Assembly: GCF_001194135.2 (NCBI RefSeq)
Contig: NC_068983.1
Span: forward strand, 137,799,806-137,863,805
Direction of reading: 5' to 3'
DNA length: 64,000 nt
From: Octopus bimaculoides
Taxonomy: Eukaryota
Shown: positions 11,591 through 24,771 of the stretch, piece after piece
Layout: every line of letters begins with the position of its first letter
Position numbering within the stretch: the stretch's first letter is position 1
Position numbers and translations under genes: made by a program
The notes under the pieces: generated by a model
What the model was told of the DNA's origin: nothing
The model's database searches: none
What the model saw: only the letters and a program-made list of their open reading frames with translations

Positions 11591-13528
11591 TTATAATTTT
11601 TTTTCAATTTACGGGAGAAATAGGTTTATATATCTGCTACATGCTTATATATCTACTACATGCTTATATATCTACTACATCTTTAAATATCTACTACGTT
11701 AGTTTACACACACATATACACACACAAGCGCGCGTGCATCAATATCTTTATATGCTTAAGAGATATATGTCTGTATGTTTATTTTTGTATGTAACATCTG
11801 CAGCGCTAAAAAATTAACCACACAGCCATTTCATGCACGAAATTTCACCTATAGACAAATTTAGAGAAGAACAAAAATACTGAAACTACTTTAAAAATAG
11901 GTTACTTTGTTATGATTATGTCTGCTATTTACTTCGACATGCCAAAAAAACAAAAAACAAAAAAAACCCCAGCAAAAACAGAACAAAAAAGAATCATCAT
12001 TATATACATGCGCATGTGCACAAAATTTCCTTTTGCTTCATTTGTTATTTTATATGTGGAAACTGCTTATTTTATGCTGAAATCTGTGTAGACATTTCAT
12101 TAATATTAGCGTATAAATATGGTGAATAGAATAAAAGAAAATGTTTACCTCTTTGCATCGTACACAGAATTGCCTTGTATACTTTGATACTTTGAAGCTA
12201 CGATATTTGCCTCGGAGAAATACTCTATAATAAATATAATTTATACTTGATAAAACATGAAAACACCTTCACTAAAATTAATGACATAAAAATTGTTAAT
12301 TATCTTCTACAATTCTTTGCGTTCACAGTTGTTCCCATCTCATGGAGCTTGTTAATTCATGTAACAAGCTTTATATAAAACTTGTCAAGGCAAAAAACAA
12401 AAACAAAAAACAAACAAAATGATAAAAAGAAAGAATAAAAGGTAATATCACAATATTACAATATTCGAGGCATGAGAACTCCTATCATGCAGGTAATATT
12501 TTAAATTTACATATACATGCACATTTTACAAGTACACATACATGTTTGGATCGTTTTACATTTTGCTAGTTATCCTATAAATTTCATCTTCTATAAAAGT
12601 TTTAACATAAATAAAACGCATTTATCATAATTAATTTTTCCAAAGCGATGGTGGATAATACACACACACACACACACACATTTGTACACACATGTGTATG
12701 TATGAATGTGTGTGTATGTATGCATATATATATGTGTATATATACATATATATACATGTATGGATGTATATTCAGCATATATTTACATACAAAGCATGCA
12801 TATATACATACGTAAATATGCTAGCACACAAATAAATGCATACATACAGATATATACGCATATATATATACTTTGAAGTAAATGCGTGCGCGCGCGCGAG
12901 GAGACACACATACATGTATAAATGCATAAACACTCACATACATACACCGATGCAACTATTTCAATACACACATCTATGTTTATAAATATTCTGTTAGATA
13001 CGAATGGGTTTGGCATGACAGCCTTGCATTTCATGCTATCCGCACCACCACCACCACCACCACCACCACCACCACCACCANNNNNNNNNNNNNNNNNNNN
13101 NNNNNNNNNNNNNNNNNNNNNNNNNNNNNNNNNNNNNNNNNNNNNNNNNNNNNNNNNNNNNNNNNNNNNNNNNNNNNNNNNNNNNNNNNNNNNNNNNNNN
13201 NNNNNNNNNNNNNNNNNNNNNNNNNNNNNNNNNNNNNNNNNNNNNNNNNNNNNNNNNNNNNNNNNNNNNNNNNNNNNNNNNNNNNNNNNNNNNNNNNNNN
13301 NNNNNNNNNNNNNNNNNNNNNNNNNNNNNNNNNNNNNNNNNNNNNNNNNNNNNNNNNNNNNNNNNNNNNNNNNNNNNNNNNNNNNNNNNNNNNNNNNNNN
13401 NNNNNNNNNNNNNNNNNNNNNNNNNNNNNNNNNNNNNNNNNNNNNNNNNNNNNNNNNNNNNNNNNNNNNNNNNNNNNNNNNNNNNNNNNNNNNNNNNNNN
13501 NNNNNNNNNNNNNNNNNNNNNNNNNNNN

Positions 13529-13579
<51 letters not shown>

Positions 13580-13765
13580 CATACATACATATATTGCTCT
13601 TTAGAAAAGCGTGTGCATCATAAAACACTATTCACCTTCTATATTACTTCATTCTTAATTACCAAATAAACTCATTCGGTGTGCGTAGGTGTATACATAC
13701 ATACATACATGCATACACAAGTGCATACATACATATAAACACACAAACTCTCTCGTACACACACA

Positions 13766-13804
<39 letters not shown>

Positions 13805-13943
13805 GCACATACGTACATACACGCGCTCGCACACTCACACGCACATGTGCATACACAGAAATTAGAAAGAATAATATAAATGAAATCATGTAATTGATGA
13901 TGAAAGTGTGGATTTTATGTTTAAGCTTAACCTTTTGAAGTCA

Positions 13944-14000
<57 letters not shown>

Positions 14001-14113
14001 GTATACATGCATGGATACAAATTTATATATATATATATCATATATGTATACATGCATGGATACAAATTTATATATACTTACAAAGATAAATATGCGTGTG
14101 TTGTAAGTAGGAC

Positions 14114-14261
14114 GCAGGAGTGGCTGTGTGGTAAGTAGCTTGCTTACCAACCACATGGTTCCAGGTTCAGTCCCACTGCGTGGCACCTTGGGCAAGTGTC
14201 TTCTACTGTAGCCTCAGGCCGACCAAAGCCTTGTGAGTGGATTTAGTAGACGGAAACTGAA
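14114..14261 (+). mobile_element. SINE-C 5' half (tRNA-like head plus CORE-like domain; octopus OR-type)
   Basis: gcaggagtggctgtgtggtaag...ggttcagtccc...ggcaccttgggcaagtgtctt. Confidence 0.85.
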
Positions 14262-14277
14262 GTATATTTATGTATAC

Positions 14278-14676
14278 GCTTTTACTCTTTTACTTGTTTC
14301 AGTCATTTGACTGCGGCCATGCTGGAGCACCGCCTTTAATCGAGCAAATCGAGCCCAGGACTTATTCTTTGTAAGCCTGGTACTTATTCTATCGGACTCT
14401 TTTGCCGATATGCTAAGTTACGAGGACGTAAACACACCAGCATCAGTTGTCAAGCGATGTTGGGGGGACGAACACAGACACACAAACATACACACACACA
14501 CATATATATATATACATATATATACGACGGGCTTCTTTCAGTTTCCGTCTAATAAATCCACTCACAAGGCTTTGGTCGGCTCGAGACTATAGTAGAAGAC
14601 ACTTGCCCAAGGTGCCACGCAGTGGGAATGAACCCGGAACCATGTTTGGTAAGCAAGCTACTTACCACACAGCCAT
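14278..14676 (-). mobile_element. SINE-C near full-length copy nested in another SINE-C
   Basis: Colinear with 46314-46704, with an internal (TA/CA)n tract. Confidence 0.9.
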
Positions 14677-14749
14677 ACATATATATGTATGTATATGTAT
14701 TTATATATATATATGTATATATGAGTGTGTGTGTGTGTGTGTGTGTATA

Positions 14750-14864
14750 TATTTGTGTGTCTGTGTTTGTCCTCTCCAACAACCGATGCTGGTGCCTTTG
14801 CATTCCCGTAACTTAACGGTTCGGCTAAGAGGGCGATAAAATTACTACTAGGCTTACAAAGAAT
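14750..14864 (+). mobile_element. SINE-C 3' half (continuation of 14114-14261)
   Basis: caaccgatgctgg...cccgtaactta.cggttcggc...ctaggcttacaaagaat. Confidence 0.7.
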
Positions 14865-14865
14865 G

Positions 14866-15034
14866 ATGCTTCGTAGGTCCTGATGGCTCCTGCAAATTGG
14901 GTAATGATATTTTCCAGCTTATGTTGGACAGAGTCTTGCAGATAAAGTGAGACATTTTTGTCAAAAAATGAAATGCTAAACCCACTAAGTCAACTGCTTA
15001 AAATTGATCTCAATTTATTTGCAAGACCCTGTAT
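14866..15034 (+). mobile_element. Possible Tc1/mariner 3' end
   Basis: Ends ttatttgcaagaccctgTA (reverse complement TA-CAGGGTC, Tc/mariner-like terminus). Weak similarity to a transposase C-terminus. Confidence 0.3.
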
Positions 15035-15039
15035 AAGAA

Positions 15040-16130
15040 TGTTACCAATTTATTTTGGATCTTTATTTAGTTATTTCCTTGTCGATTGCTTGACACTGAA
15101 TTTTATTTAAGTTGTGTGCCTTGTTTACGCGTTATTTGACGCTGCTTTTCTTGTACTGGTTGTTTGGGTTGTGTAGAAAACGTTGCATTTTATGTTACAC
15201 TGTAAAAGTATGTTACTTTTCCAGTGGCCACAACTTTGAAAGCTTAGTTTCTCGAGTTATTCAGTTGATTGTATGCGCTGTCGCATTTACGTCGGTGATT
15301 GGTTAGTGTTGAGTTTGTGAATTTAAGAAATAATTTTAAAAAGTTGTTTTGCCTTGTCCATTGGTGTGTAAGTATATGCAGATAAGTTGGTTGTTGTAAA
15401 ATATGAGAATTTTCTTTGCTGTATAAGTGTGTTGATCAAAAAGTGATACCCAGAGGGGTGAGGGGAATTATTAAGTCAGGTTGGTGAGATATGCTGGCGT
15501 GTTGATGCGCTTGCAACGTAAAAGGAATTAATTGTGTTGCTAATGTGAAGTTAACTCGAGCTTTTTCGTTATTGCTTTTGTTCTAGACTTTGTGTATTTT
15601 GCAGTCTCCTCCAAAATGGTTGCTGTTGGATGTCTTTTGAGATATTTATTGAAGTGTATAGTTGCATAGCCTGGTAAGAAGATTAGTGAAGTTGTTAGTG
15701 ATACGTATAGTTTTATTAGGTTATTGTAGTGTTCAATGCGGTGAGCTGGCAGAATCGTTACCGCGCGGGACAATAAGCCTGGCGGTAATTATAAATTTTT
15801 ACGCCCTGAGTTCAAATGCCGCCGAAGTCAAATTTGCGTTTCCCTTCGGGATTGATATGATGAATTACTAGTCAGGTATCGGAGTCAATATAATCGGCTT
15901 TACCACTCCTAAAATTGCTGGCCTTGTACCGAAATTTGAAACCATTATCCTATTGTGATGCTTTGTGTTGCTGATTCTTAACTTGAACGCTTGGGTTCCT
16001 ATGTTCTGTATCATTTGTTATTTTATACGTATGGATTTGCTGAAGGATGTTATCGCTTGATCAGGGAGTATGTGTATAATGTGGGGGTTTGTTGAAATAC
16101 TGTGTCCAAATCTCGCTGAGGTTATCTTTG
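15040..16130 (-). mobile_element. Highly decayed PLE-like remnant interrupted by SINE-M
   Basis: A/C-rich minus strand. ISTNPHIIHILPDQAITSFSKS resembles the PLE RT-EN linker. Motifs are weak. Confidence 0.25.
15738..15943 (+). mobile_element. SINE-M copy
   Basis: gcggtgagctggcagaatcgtta...gagttcaaatgccgccga...gccttgtaccgaaatttgaa. Confidence 0.7.
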
Positions 16131-16244
16131 CCTTTCCTCTTTCAGGGACGATAAATAAAGTACCAATCCAGCGCTGGGTTTGATTATTCTTTCTCTCTCT
16201 TTCTTCTGTTCCATATTATACCAGCAATCCATTACTCAAATCTA

Positions 16245-16330
16245 GTGTTACGCTGATTCAACATGAGAATTGCGTGAAGGGTACAGGTATCTCTGAAATA
16301 TTCAGCTCTTCGCCCGTTAATTTCATGAAT
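16245..16330 (+). mobile_element. SINE-R 3' fragment
   Basis: cgctgattc...aagggtacaggt...cgttaatttcatga resembles 4068-4150. Confidence 0.45.
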
Positions 16331-17191
16331 GAGAATTCAGTTTGTTAAACAAACAAATAATCAATGTTAAAATCGACAGAGGCTCAGCTTATTACGTGGT
16401 TAGGCTGTGTGAGCGGTAGTATGTTATTTTTTATGTTAGTCTCTATGCTTCTCTGTCTCCACATTTTATTGTTTGACTGACGTACCTCCGTGACTATCAT
16501 GACACAATTTCTAACATATAATTTTCATAATTAAATTCCTAAATTGAGGAAGGTTTAGTTATCGCTGACAGCTCGAGTGGCCACATAGCTCCTGTGGGAA
16601 AAAAATATGTTTAAAGTGATGACATGTTGTCCTGTAACAAAAACTGGACCTCGTATCACATGAAATAACTCAAGGAATATACAAGAAAGATTTTCCATTG
16701 CCTCGTCCTGTTCCTCTGCGCAGTAACTTAACAGAAAACTAAATTCCATGAGCGCTAACGTTACGAACAGTGAACAGCTAAACCACTACACGGTACCGTT
16801 AGGGACATAAACGAAGAGAGGTGAGTGCTTCGTCTACACACACAAACGCACACCCACGCACACACTCGCACACATATTTACACCCCCCACACACAAACAC
16901 ACACATACACACAGAACAGTGTAGGTTGTAGGATATGAACAGGCAACCTTTCAACTGGTTGTCTCATGCAACATCCACTCACCTACGTAGAGTCTCTGTG
17001 ACCAAGGAACAAATCAAAATATTCAGCCTTTTGTTCAGAAAATTACACGTTCTTCGTTTTCTGTCTTCTTTTTCTTTCCATATATTTCTGTAACTCTATC
17101 TGTCATATTTCCAATTTTCAGTATTGTTTGTCTTCCCGTTTATTCCCAGGTCTCCATCATACTGATCTTTACACACACACANNNNNNNNNN

Positions 17192-17251
<60 letters not shown>

Positions 17252-17904
17252 CACATATATATATAACTATATATATGCATGCATATTTATTTATATGCAT
17301 ATATATCTATATATATACACACATGTATATGTATATATATGTATATACATATATACACATACATTTACACATACGTACATACATATATATATATACATAT
17401 ATACATATATATATATNNNNNNNNNNNNNNNNNNNNNNNNNNNNNNNNNNNNNNNNNNNNNNNNNNNNNNNNNNNNNNNNNNNNNNNNNNNNNNNNNNNN
17501 NNNNNNNNNNNNNNNNNNNNNNNNNNNNNNNNNNNNNNNNNNNNNNNNNNNNNNNNNNNNNNNNNNNNNGTTCTTACTGAACATGAACACAACACACAGG
17601 TGCCCTTTCACCACACAGAAAATATGGACGTTATCTTATCTTTGATACTTAATTGAAAACATACATGTGCATAACTCTGACACTATCCTTCATTTCCCTC
17701 TGTTTACTCACCCCCCCCACACATGTACATGTATTGACAAATATATCAGTTTTCTCATGTTATGGCGAGAGTTTAGATTGTTTATACAAACATACACATT
17801 AGCATATCCATGCATGCACGCACACATGCATGCACACAGATGCACGCTTACAGCTACACACACACACGCGCGCTCATACACAAATTNNNNNNNNNNCACA
17901 CAGT

Positions 17905-17949
<45 letters not shown>

Positions 17950-18327
17950 TACATATCAAATATATCTATCTATGTGTCTATCTATCTTTCTATCGATCAA
18001 TGTACTCTCTCTCTCTCTCATACACACACGCACACTATATGTATTTGTAGATATATACACATAAATCTATATATGTGTATGTAAAAACACATAGATATGC
18101 ACACACAGAGATACATAGAAATCAATATATTTTTCTGTTGTTTACGTTTACGATGTAGTCGATATCTTTATATATTATCATTACTCCATATTGTGGATGC
18201 AATGGCTAAGTGTCATCGAGAGGCGAACGTATCGATCAATTACAACAATTGTAACAGCTTCTAGTGTTGCTACTGCTTCTTTAATATCCATCAACTCCTC
18301 TCATCTATTTAATTGCTCTACTTTCCC

Positions 18328-18393
<66 letters not shown>

Positions 18394-18407
18394 CATTATT
18401 ATTATTA
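18328..18407. repeat. (ATT)n microsatellite
   Basis: Direct reading. Confidence 0.95.
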
Positions 18408-18807
18408 ATCAATAGTTTTAATTATATTATGCACCTTGAGTGCAAAATTAAGCTCTGTCTTTTTTTGTAATGGATTAGTCAGAGGGGCGAAGGGCAGTGC
18501 CCATTACTTTTCCCAAGGCCTCTGAAACTAGCTGGAGAAAGTAGGAGTGGGGTAATATCTTTAGTCCGTAAACCTGGCTCAAATGCTTGCAACACAGTGT
18601 ACTCCATCGAAGGCATACAAGGTGCGATGCAGGAAACCATTTGTGTTTTCTATTGTATGTAATACGTAGACGCTGTATGACTGCAGCCATAGTTTCGGCC
18701 CCATTGTGTGGCATCTTGGGCAAGTGTCTAATACCTTAACCTCAGGTGACTCAAGCCTTATAAAAAACTGGGTTGATGGGAGCTGTTTGAAAGACTTGTA
18801 CTTGTAA

Positions 18808-19016
18808 GGCGGCGAGCTGGTAGAAGTGTTAGTATACCGGGCAAAATGCTTAGCGGCAGTTCGCCCATCGTTATGGTTTGAGTTCAAATTTCACAGAGGT
18901 TGACTTTACATTTTATCCTTTCGGGGTCGATAAAATAAATACCAGTTGAACATTGGGGCTGGTGTAATTGACTTATACTTCCCCTAAAATTGGTGGCCTT
19001 GTGCCAAACTTTGAAT
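18808..19016 (+). mobile_element. SINE-M full-length copy
   Basis: ggcggcgagctgg...gagttcaaatt...tcctttcggggtcgataaa...gccttgtgcc. Confidence 0.8.
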
Positions 19017-19020
19017 AAAG

Positions 19021-19110
19021 TTACACGTATGTGTAGGATACTCAGAGTACTCAGCCACTCCACACGTTAATTCCATGAGTAGGCCATGAAGTAAATCGAA
19101 CAACTGAACA
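19021..19110 (+). mobile_element. SINE-R 3' fragment
   Basis: tacacgt...ctcagccactccacacgttaattccatgagtaggc. Confidence 0.5.
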
Positions 19111-19614
19111 GACAACACGGAAAGTGACCGAAATCATTTACATAATATCTCTACTTCCAGATCTTTATTTTCAGATAATTTCTTAATTTCTTTTAGAGAT
19201 GCATTATCGTACTTTGACAAGTACTTTCTTGAAGGTAGTTGGCAACAATATAACTCAGATCTTTCTTTTTGGATTGAGATATTCAAGATCCAAGTCTGTG
19301 ATTGTTTTATTATTCTCTGAGGACTTTTTTCTCACGCATGTTTAATATTATTTCTTTCCTGATGATATTTTTTAAGGATAGCATAATTGCCAGTGCGTGA
19401 AACCCCTCACTCTGTAATGCACCCACACAGAGGCAAAGACAGACAGATAGGCACACAGACAGACAGACAGACAGACACACACACACACATGTATGTGCGT
19501 GTATCTATGTATAGGCATAGATACATATACACACAAATGTATATGTGTCTTTGTGTGTGTGTGTATTTGTGTGTGTGTGTATGTCCGTTTGTGTGTGTAT
19601 TGTGTATGTATACT

Positions 19615-20500
19615 CTTTAGGCTAAGACTGGACAGCCAAAAAATAGTATGGTTAGTTATTTATTTTCATCATCCACATAATTTGCAGTTAATGAATGTAT
19701 TTTGTGTTATTAAAAGCGTTTGGCGGTTTCGAGTTAGACGGCTTTGGATCTGTACAGCTTCCAATCTTATGCCTTTCAACGAATACTGAAATATATATTC
19801 ATCTATTTCACCGAAGTTTCCTTTCTTCAGGTAATTGGCCATGAATATTTTTCTTGAAATCATTTTAGCATTGCATACTACCTGCATTTTAAATTTAGAT
19901 TTTAGGCTTTTCACACATTTGTTATTGATTTCCTTTGTTTCATGCTTTATATTTGTAGGTATCCTGAGACATGGAAATCTATTATTTGTTTGTAACCATT
20001 TCTATTTGTCTATCTTTATTCTTCACTATAAAGTTTTGTATTTCTAAAGTGGGTATTTTATAAGTTTTCTAGTTGCAGTGAAACCCTATATTTCTGTATT
20101 CGTAGTAAATATAATCTTCAAACTTTGGCTGGTATAATGTAAAAACATTTTTTTAGTTTCGCAGTGTAGTTTTACGACTTTACTTATTGTACAATTGAGA
20201 ATATTGTAATTATAACATATTGCTGGGATAGCCGAAGTATTAATGCCTATTACGTTAAGTTTTACATTTAGCACCATTTTAATGTTTAATGCAATGTCTA
20301 TTATATTCTCTTGTGACCTTTTCTTTCATTAGTGTGTGAAGTACTCTGTCTAGTTCATTAATTCTTAAGTGTTTGTAAGTCTGTGTTTGCTATAATTCTC
20401 TTATCTCAATTTCTTTAACATTAGCGTTTTTAATTAATTTTTGTCTCTTCAAACTTGCCTTGGCGAATTTTTAAACCGGAAATTCATATCAGTTCCTCTA
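19615..20500 (-). mobile_element. Dong/R4-type non-LTR retrotransposon remnant (RT thumb to CCHC knuckle)
   Basis: TYKHLRIN; LNVIGINTSAIPAICYNYNIL; LEAVQIQSRLTR..NCKLCG; FFGCPVLA. Confidence 0.65.
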
Positions 20501-20984
20501 ATAAATCTGTGAACTGCTTCAGGCAATGTCTAGTTGTTTATCCTCCGCTATGTACAACTTGCATTGTTGGTGGTGGCCACAGCGTAGGTGGAGCCACACT
20601 GGAGGTAGGCAAGGTGGGCGTGGTCAGACGCAAGGGATGCTATTCCTGTAAACTTATGATAAGACAATTAATGTAGTTATTTCTCTGTGTGTCTTTTATG
20701 ATTATCTAGGCAGAGTTGTACAACTGTTCTAGAATGTTGACTATGTGTATAGGTGTGTGAAATGTTTTTGTCATGTAATGGCAGGGATTATGGTCGATGA
20801 AGCTTGCTCCTGAGACTGTCTCTTTCGTTTCTAATTTGGTTTAATATACTCATTAAAAGTACTAACACCAAATAGAATAGGCGGGAGTCGATTGGAATAA
20901 TTCTCTTCTAATAGAGATAGGATGTTTTGCCTTCTTTGTAGAATTACTTGTCACTTATACATGATCAAACGGTACTGGAATGCA

Positions 20985-21552
20985 TGTTAGGATGAAGGGT
21001 AGAAGATGTCAAATATTTGTGGCGGTAATCAGCTACTATCCGAGAATGGTATTAATGTACTACATTCCGATGAGCTATCATATCATTGATAAAACAATAT
21101 ACCATGCCAATCATAAGAATGACGACCTGATTGAAAATACAGAAGATATTTATAACATTAGGTACATGTATACGTTTAGACACAAAAAATACCACACGAA
21201 CTCCACCATTGAAAATACCCGATGGAAAGAAACATAACAGAACTGATATAGCTGTTTGGACAGTAAAGAAAATATGTAGTGTTATAGAAGTAAGTGACCC
21301 CACAGATGTAAAACTTTACCTTACAATTAGCAAGAAAAAGAATATTTATAAACAACAGCTTCGAAATTTACAGCTTTTCTGATATAAATTTATATTTGTA
21401 CCCATAATTACTGTTGTATATGGTTATGGTACTCTACATGAAAAGCTGGCGTTTCAAGCAAAAAAAGTTACTAGCTAACATGCACCTTGGAAATTCAGTA
21501 TCTAACTGGAATAGTGGAAATATGCAAGACTAATGTAAAATTCAGTCTGTAA
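20985..21552 (+). mobile_element. Dong/R4-type retrotransposon 3' remnant (CCHC plus restriction-like endonuclease)
   Basis: HNRTDIAVW..KICSVIEVSDPTD; YKFIFVPII; EICKTNVKF* fit the PD-(D/E)xK RLE C-terminus. Confidence 0.65.
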
Positions 21553-22826
21553 CTCTTTACTGTTGTTGTTATCTAAATAACAGCGTTTGTGTTTTGTTAC
21601 CTTATTTGAAACCAGTCCTCTCTTTGTCGAAAGTCTTAAGAGAGAAAGATAACCTACAAACATATTTAAGTGGTGTACAGTTTTGTCACAAACAAGAACA
21701 GGCAATTGTGAAGGCATTTTCTCTATTTTTGTCATTTTGACGAAAAAAATAATTGATGGAAAGAAAGCTCAAAAGAGAGAAACAAGGAAAATAAGGAATA
21801 AATATATAAAAAAATAAACATTGAAGAGAATTGCAGATAACGTATTCATAAAAAAAACCTAAAAAAAAAAAAAAGACTGACAAAGCAACACGATAGCTTC
21901 AAAATCCAATTCACGTGATTAAGAATAACAATTTTCAGTACACGCATTAACGCAACACAAACAGACGATCACAAAACACACGCATACATACTTATATAGT
22001 TATATTTACATGTACACGCACATTGAATGAAATACTATATTTGTCTTGCTGGCTCTTTAGCAAAACCTCTGAGGCTGGAGTAATGCCGCTAATTTGCTGA
22101 AACACGCTAATCTCTCATTTTAGCGTTGGACCCTGAACTTAAGACGAGTTAAAAGAATTGAAACGGGAATAGTGTCGGGTGGTTATACATTTAGATAGAC
22201 AAAAATAAATCCCTAAGTAGGTGGAATTAAGCAAAAGCATTAAAAAAAGTATATTACACAAAATGTTTTTTAGTTCTTTTATCGTTTTTATTCTAAAAGA
22301 ACAAACTAAATATATATATCTTATAAAAGGCCCGTCTTCAAAATAGGTTTAAAGTATTTAGCTTAGCCACGAGAGAAAAGCCAAAGAAAAGAAGAAGAAA
22401 AAAACAAGAAAATATGGATAAAAGAGCAACGAAACCAAAATAGTAAACAGGTATTGAGAAAATGAATTCAAACTAAGAAGAATATTTTAAATGAAGTAAA
22501 AGAATAAAAACGACAATGTAATGGTTATAGCTGTTGGACAGAAGTAAGAAAAAAAAATGAATGTAGAAATAGAGCAGATACAACAGAACAACAAAGTTAA
22601 TCAACTGAGATATAAATTTTCCTTTTGGATAAGATGCTCTTTTCCTTAGGTAATCTCAGATGGCTTTCTATCATTAAACAATAGCAAAGCAAACTGAACT
22701 ATGTCAAATAGAATTAGTCATACCTTTGAAACGACGATCAAATGACATTTGATCTCTGTAACATAATGCAATAGAGTGTTCCTCTGATGACCCATTGTGG
22801 TTAAGCATCAAATTACAATTGGAACT

Positions 22827-23375
22827 TACAGAAATTGCGGAAGTGCAATGGCCTAGTGGTTAGGGCAGCGGACCCACGGTCGTAGGATCGCGGTTTCGAT
22901 TCCCAGACTGGGCGCTATGAATGTTTATTGATTGAAAACACCTAAAGATCCACGAGGCTCCGGCAGGGGGAGGTGGCGAACCCTACAGAAATTGCGCAGG
23001 TGCAATGGCCCAGGGGTTAAGGCAGTGGACCCACGGTCGTAGGATCGCGGTTTCGATTCCCAGACCGGGCGTTGTGAGTGTTTGAGTGAAAACACCTAAA
23101 GCTCTACGAGGCTCCGGCAGTGGGTGGTGGCGAACCCTGCAATACTATTTCACCACAGCTTTCTCTCATTCTTTCTTCCTATTTCTGTTGTACCTGCATT
23201 TCAAAGAGCCAGCCTTGTCACACTCTGTCTCACGCTCAATCTCCCCGAGAACTACGTTAAGGTTACACGTGTCTGTGGAGTGCTCAGTTACTTACACGTT
23301 AATTTCACGAGCAGGCTGTTCCGTTGATCGGATCAACTAGAACCCTCGTCGCCGTAACCGACGGAGTACCACGAC
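22827..23375 (+). mobile_element. SINE-R with tandemly duplicated 5' head (157-bp unit)
   Basis: tacagaaattgcg...ggcgaaccc occurs at 22827 and 22984. The second unit continues into a full body. Confidence 0.85.
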
Positions 23376-24470
23376 AGGAATTGCCAAGTGTGATCATTAA
23401 TTTAGGGATACAGCTTATAATTTTGCTATTACAGAAATTCAGAAAAGTTTTAAGGATTTATAAATGTTACTTTCTTCCCAGTCAAAAGGCGGCATCTAGA
23501 CATTTAACTAAGATCAAAAGACTTAAGACTCAATTTGAATATATGATAACTATAGCCACGNNNNNNNNNNNNNNNNNNNNNNNNNNNNNNNNNNNNNNNN
23601 NNNNNNNNNNNNNNNNNNNNNNNNNNNNNNNNNNNNNNNNNNNNNNNNNNNNNNNNNNNNNNNNNNNNNNNNNNNNNNNNNNNNNNNNNNNNNNNNNNNN
23701 NNNNNNNNNNNNNNNNNNNNNNNNNNNNNNNNNNNNNNNNNNNNNNNNNNNNNNNNNNNNNNNNNNNNNNNNNNNNNNNNNNNNNNNNNNNNNNNNNNNN
23801 NNNNNNNNNNNNNNNNNNNNNNNNNNNNNNNNNNNNNNNNNNNNNNNNNNNNNNNNNNNNNNNNNNNNNNNNNNNNNNNNNNNNNNNNNNNNNNNNNNNN
23901 NNNNNNNNNNNNNNNNNNNNNNNNNNNNNNNNNNNNNNNNNNNNNNNNNNNNNNNNNNNNNNNNNNNNNNNNNNNNNNNNNNNNNNNNNNNNNNNNNNNN
24001 NNNNNNNNNNNNNNNNNNNNNNNNNNNNNNNNNNNNNNNNNNNNNNNNNNNNNNNNNNNNNNNNNNNNNNNNNNNNNNNNNNNNNNNNNNNNNNNNNNNN
24101 NNNNNNNNGATTATTGACCGGAAGCATGTGACCATGCCGGTGTAAGGGGAAGAGAGAGAGAGAGTGGTAGAGGGAGAAACAAAGGGAGGAAGTAGAAGAA
24201 TAGGTGAGCAACGAGAGGAAAAGAGGAAGAGAGGAAGTACGAGGGGGGAAAAAGGAGATACGTAGTAGTAACAGAGGAAGGACGAGAGGGGTAAAGAGAG
24301 ATACGTAGTAGTAAACAGAGGAAGAACGGGAGGGGGAANNNNNNNNNNNNNNNNNNNNNNNNNNNNNNNNNNNNNNNNNNNNNNNNNNNNNNNNNNNNNN
24401 NNNNNNNNNNNNNNNNNNNNNNNNNNNNNNNNNNNNNNTATACATATATATATATATAAACGTATATATT

Positions 24471-24532
24471 CATTCTTTTACTCTTTTATACATTCCAGCC
24501 CTTAGGCAGTGGTCATGCTGGAGCACCGTCTG
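24471..24532 (-). mobile_element. SINE-C 3' fragment
   Basis: cttttactctttt...catgctggagcaccg. Confidence 0.5.
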
Positions 24533-24542
24533 TAACATAACA

Positions 24543-24586
24543 ACGTTAATCAATTTTCTAACCTTATTGGACTCTCATCAGAGGTA
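24543..24586 (-). ncRNA. Decayed hammerhead motif (family delta)
   Basis: Minus strand reads TACCT-CTGATGA-16 nt-GAAAATTGATTA-ACGT. Its upstream flank ggattggtcaa is shared with 11523. Confidence 0.4.
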
Positions 24587-24666
24587 TTTACATCAATTTG
24601 ACCAATCCCAATATATATATATATGTGTGTGTGTGTGTGTTTGTGTGTATACATACATACATATAT

Positions 24667-24701
<35 letters not shown>

Positions 24702-24715
24702 AGAGAGAGAGAGAG

Positions 24716-24760
<45 letters not shown>

Positions 24761-24771
24761 GAGAGAGAGAG

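Noticed and set aside
19615-21552. Opposed Dong/R4 pieces as a twin-priming 5' inversion
   Set aside because: Both pieces include CCHC regions of different sequence type and are separated by about 480 bp, so they are more likely independent insertions.
22778-22826. CTGATGA followed by a short stem
   Set aside because: No GAAA core follows.
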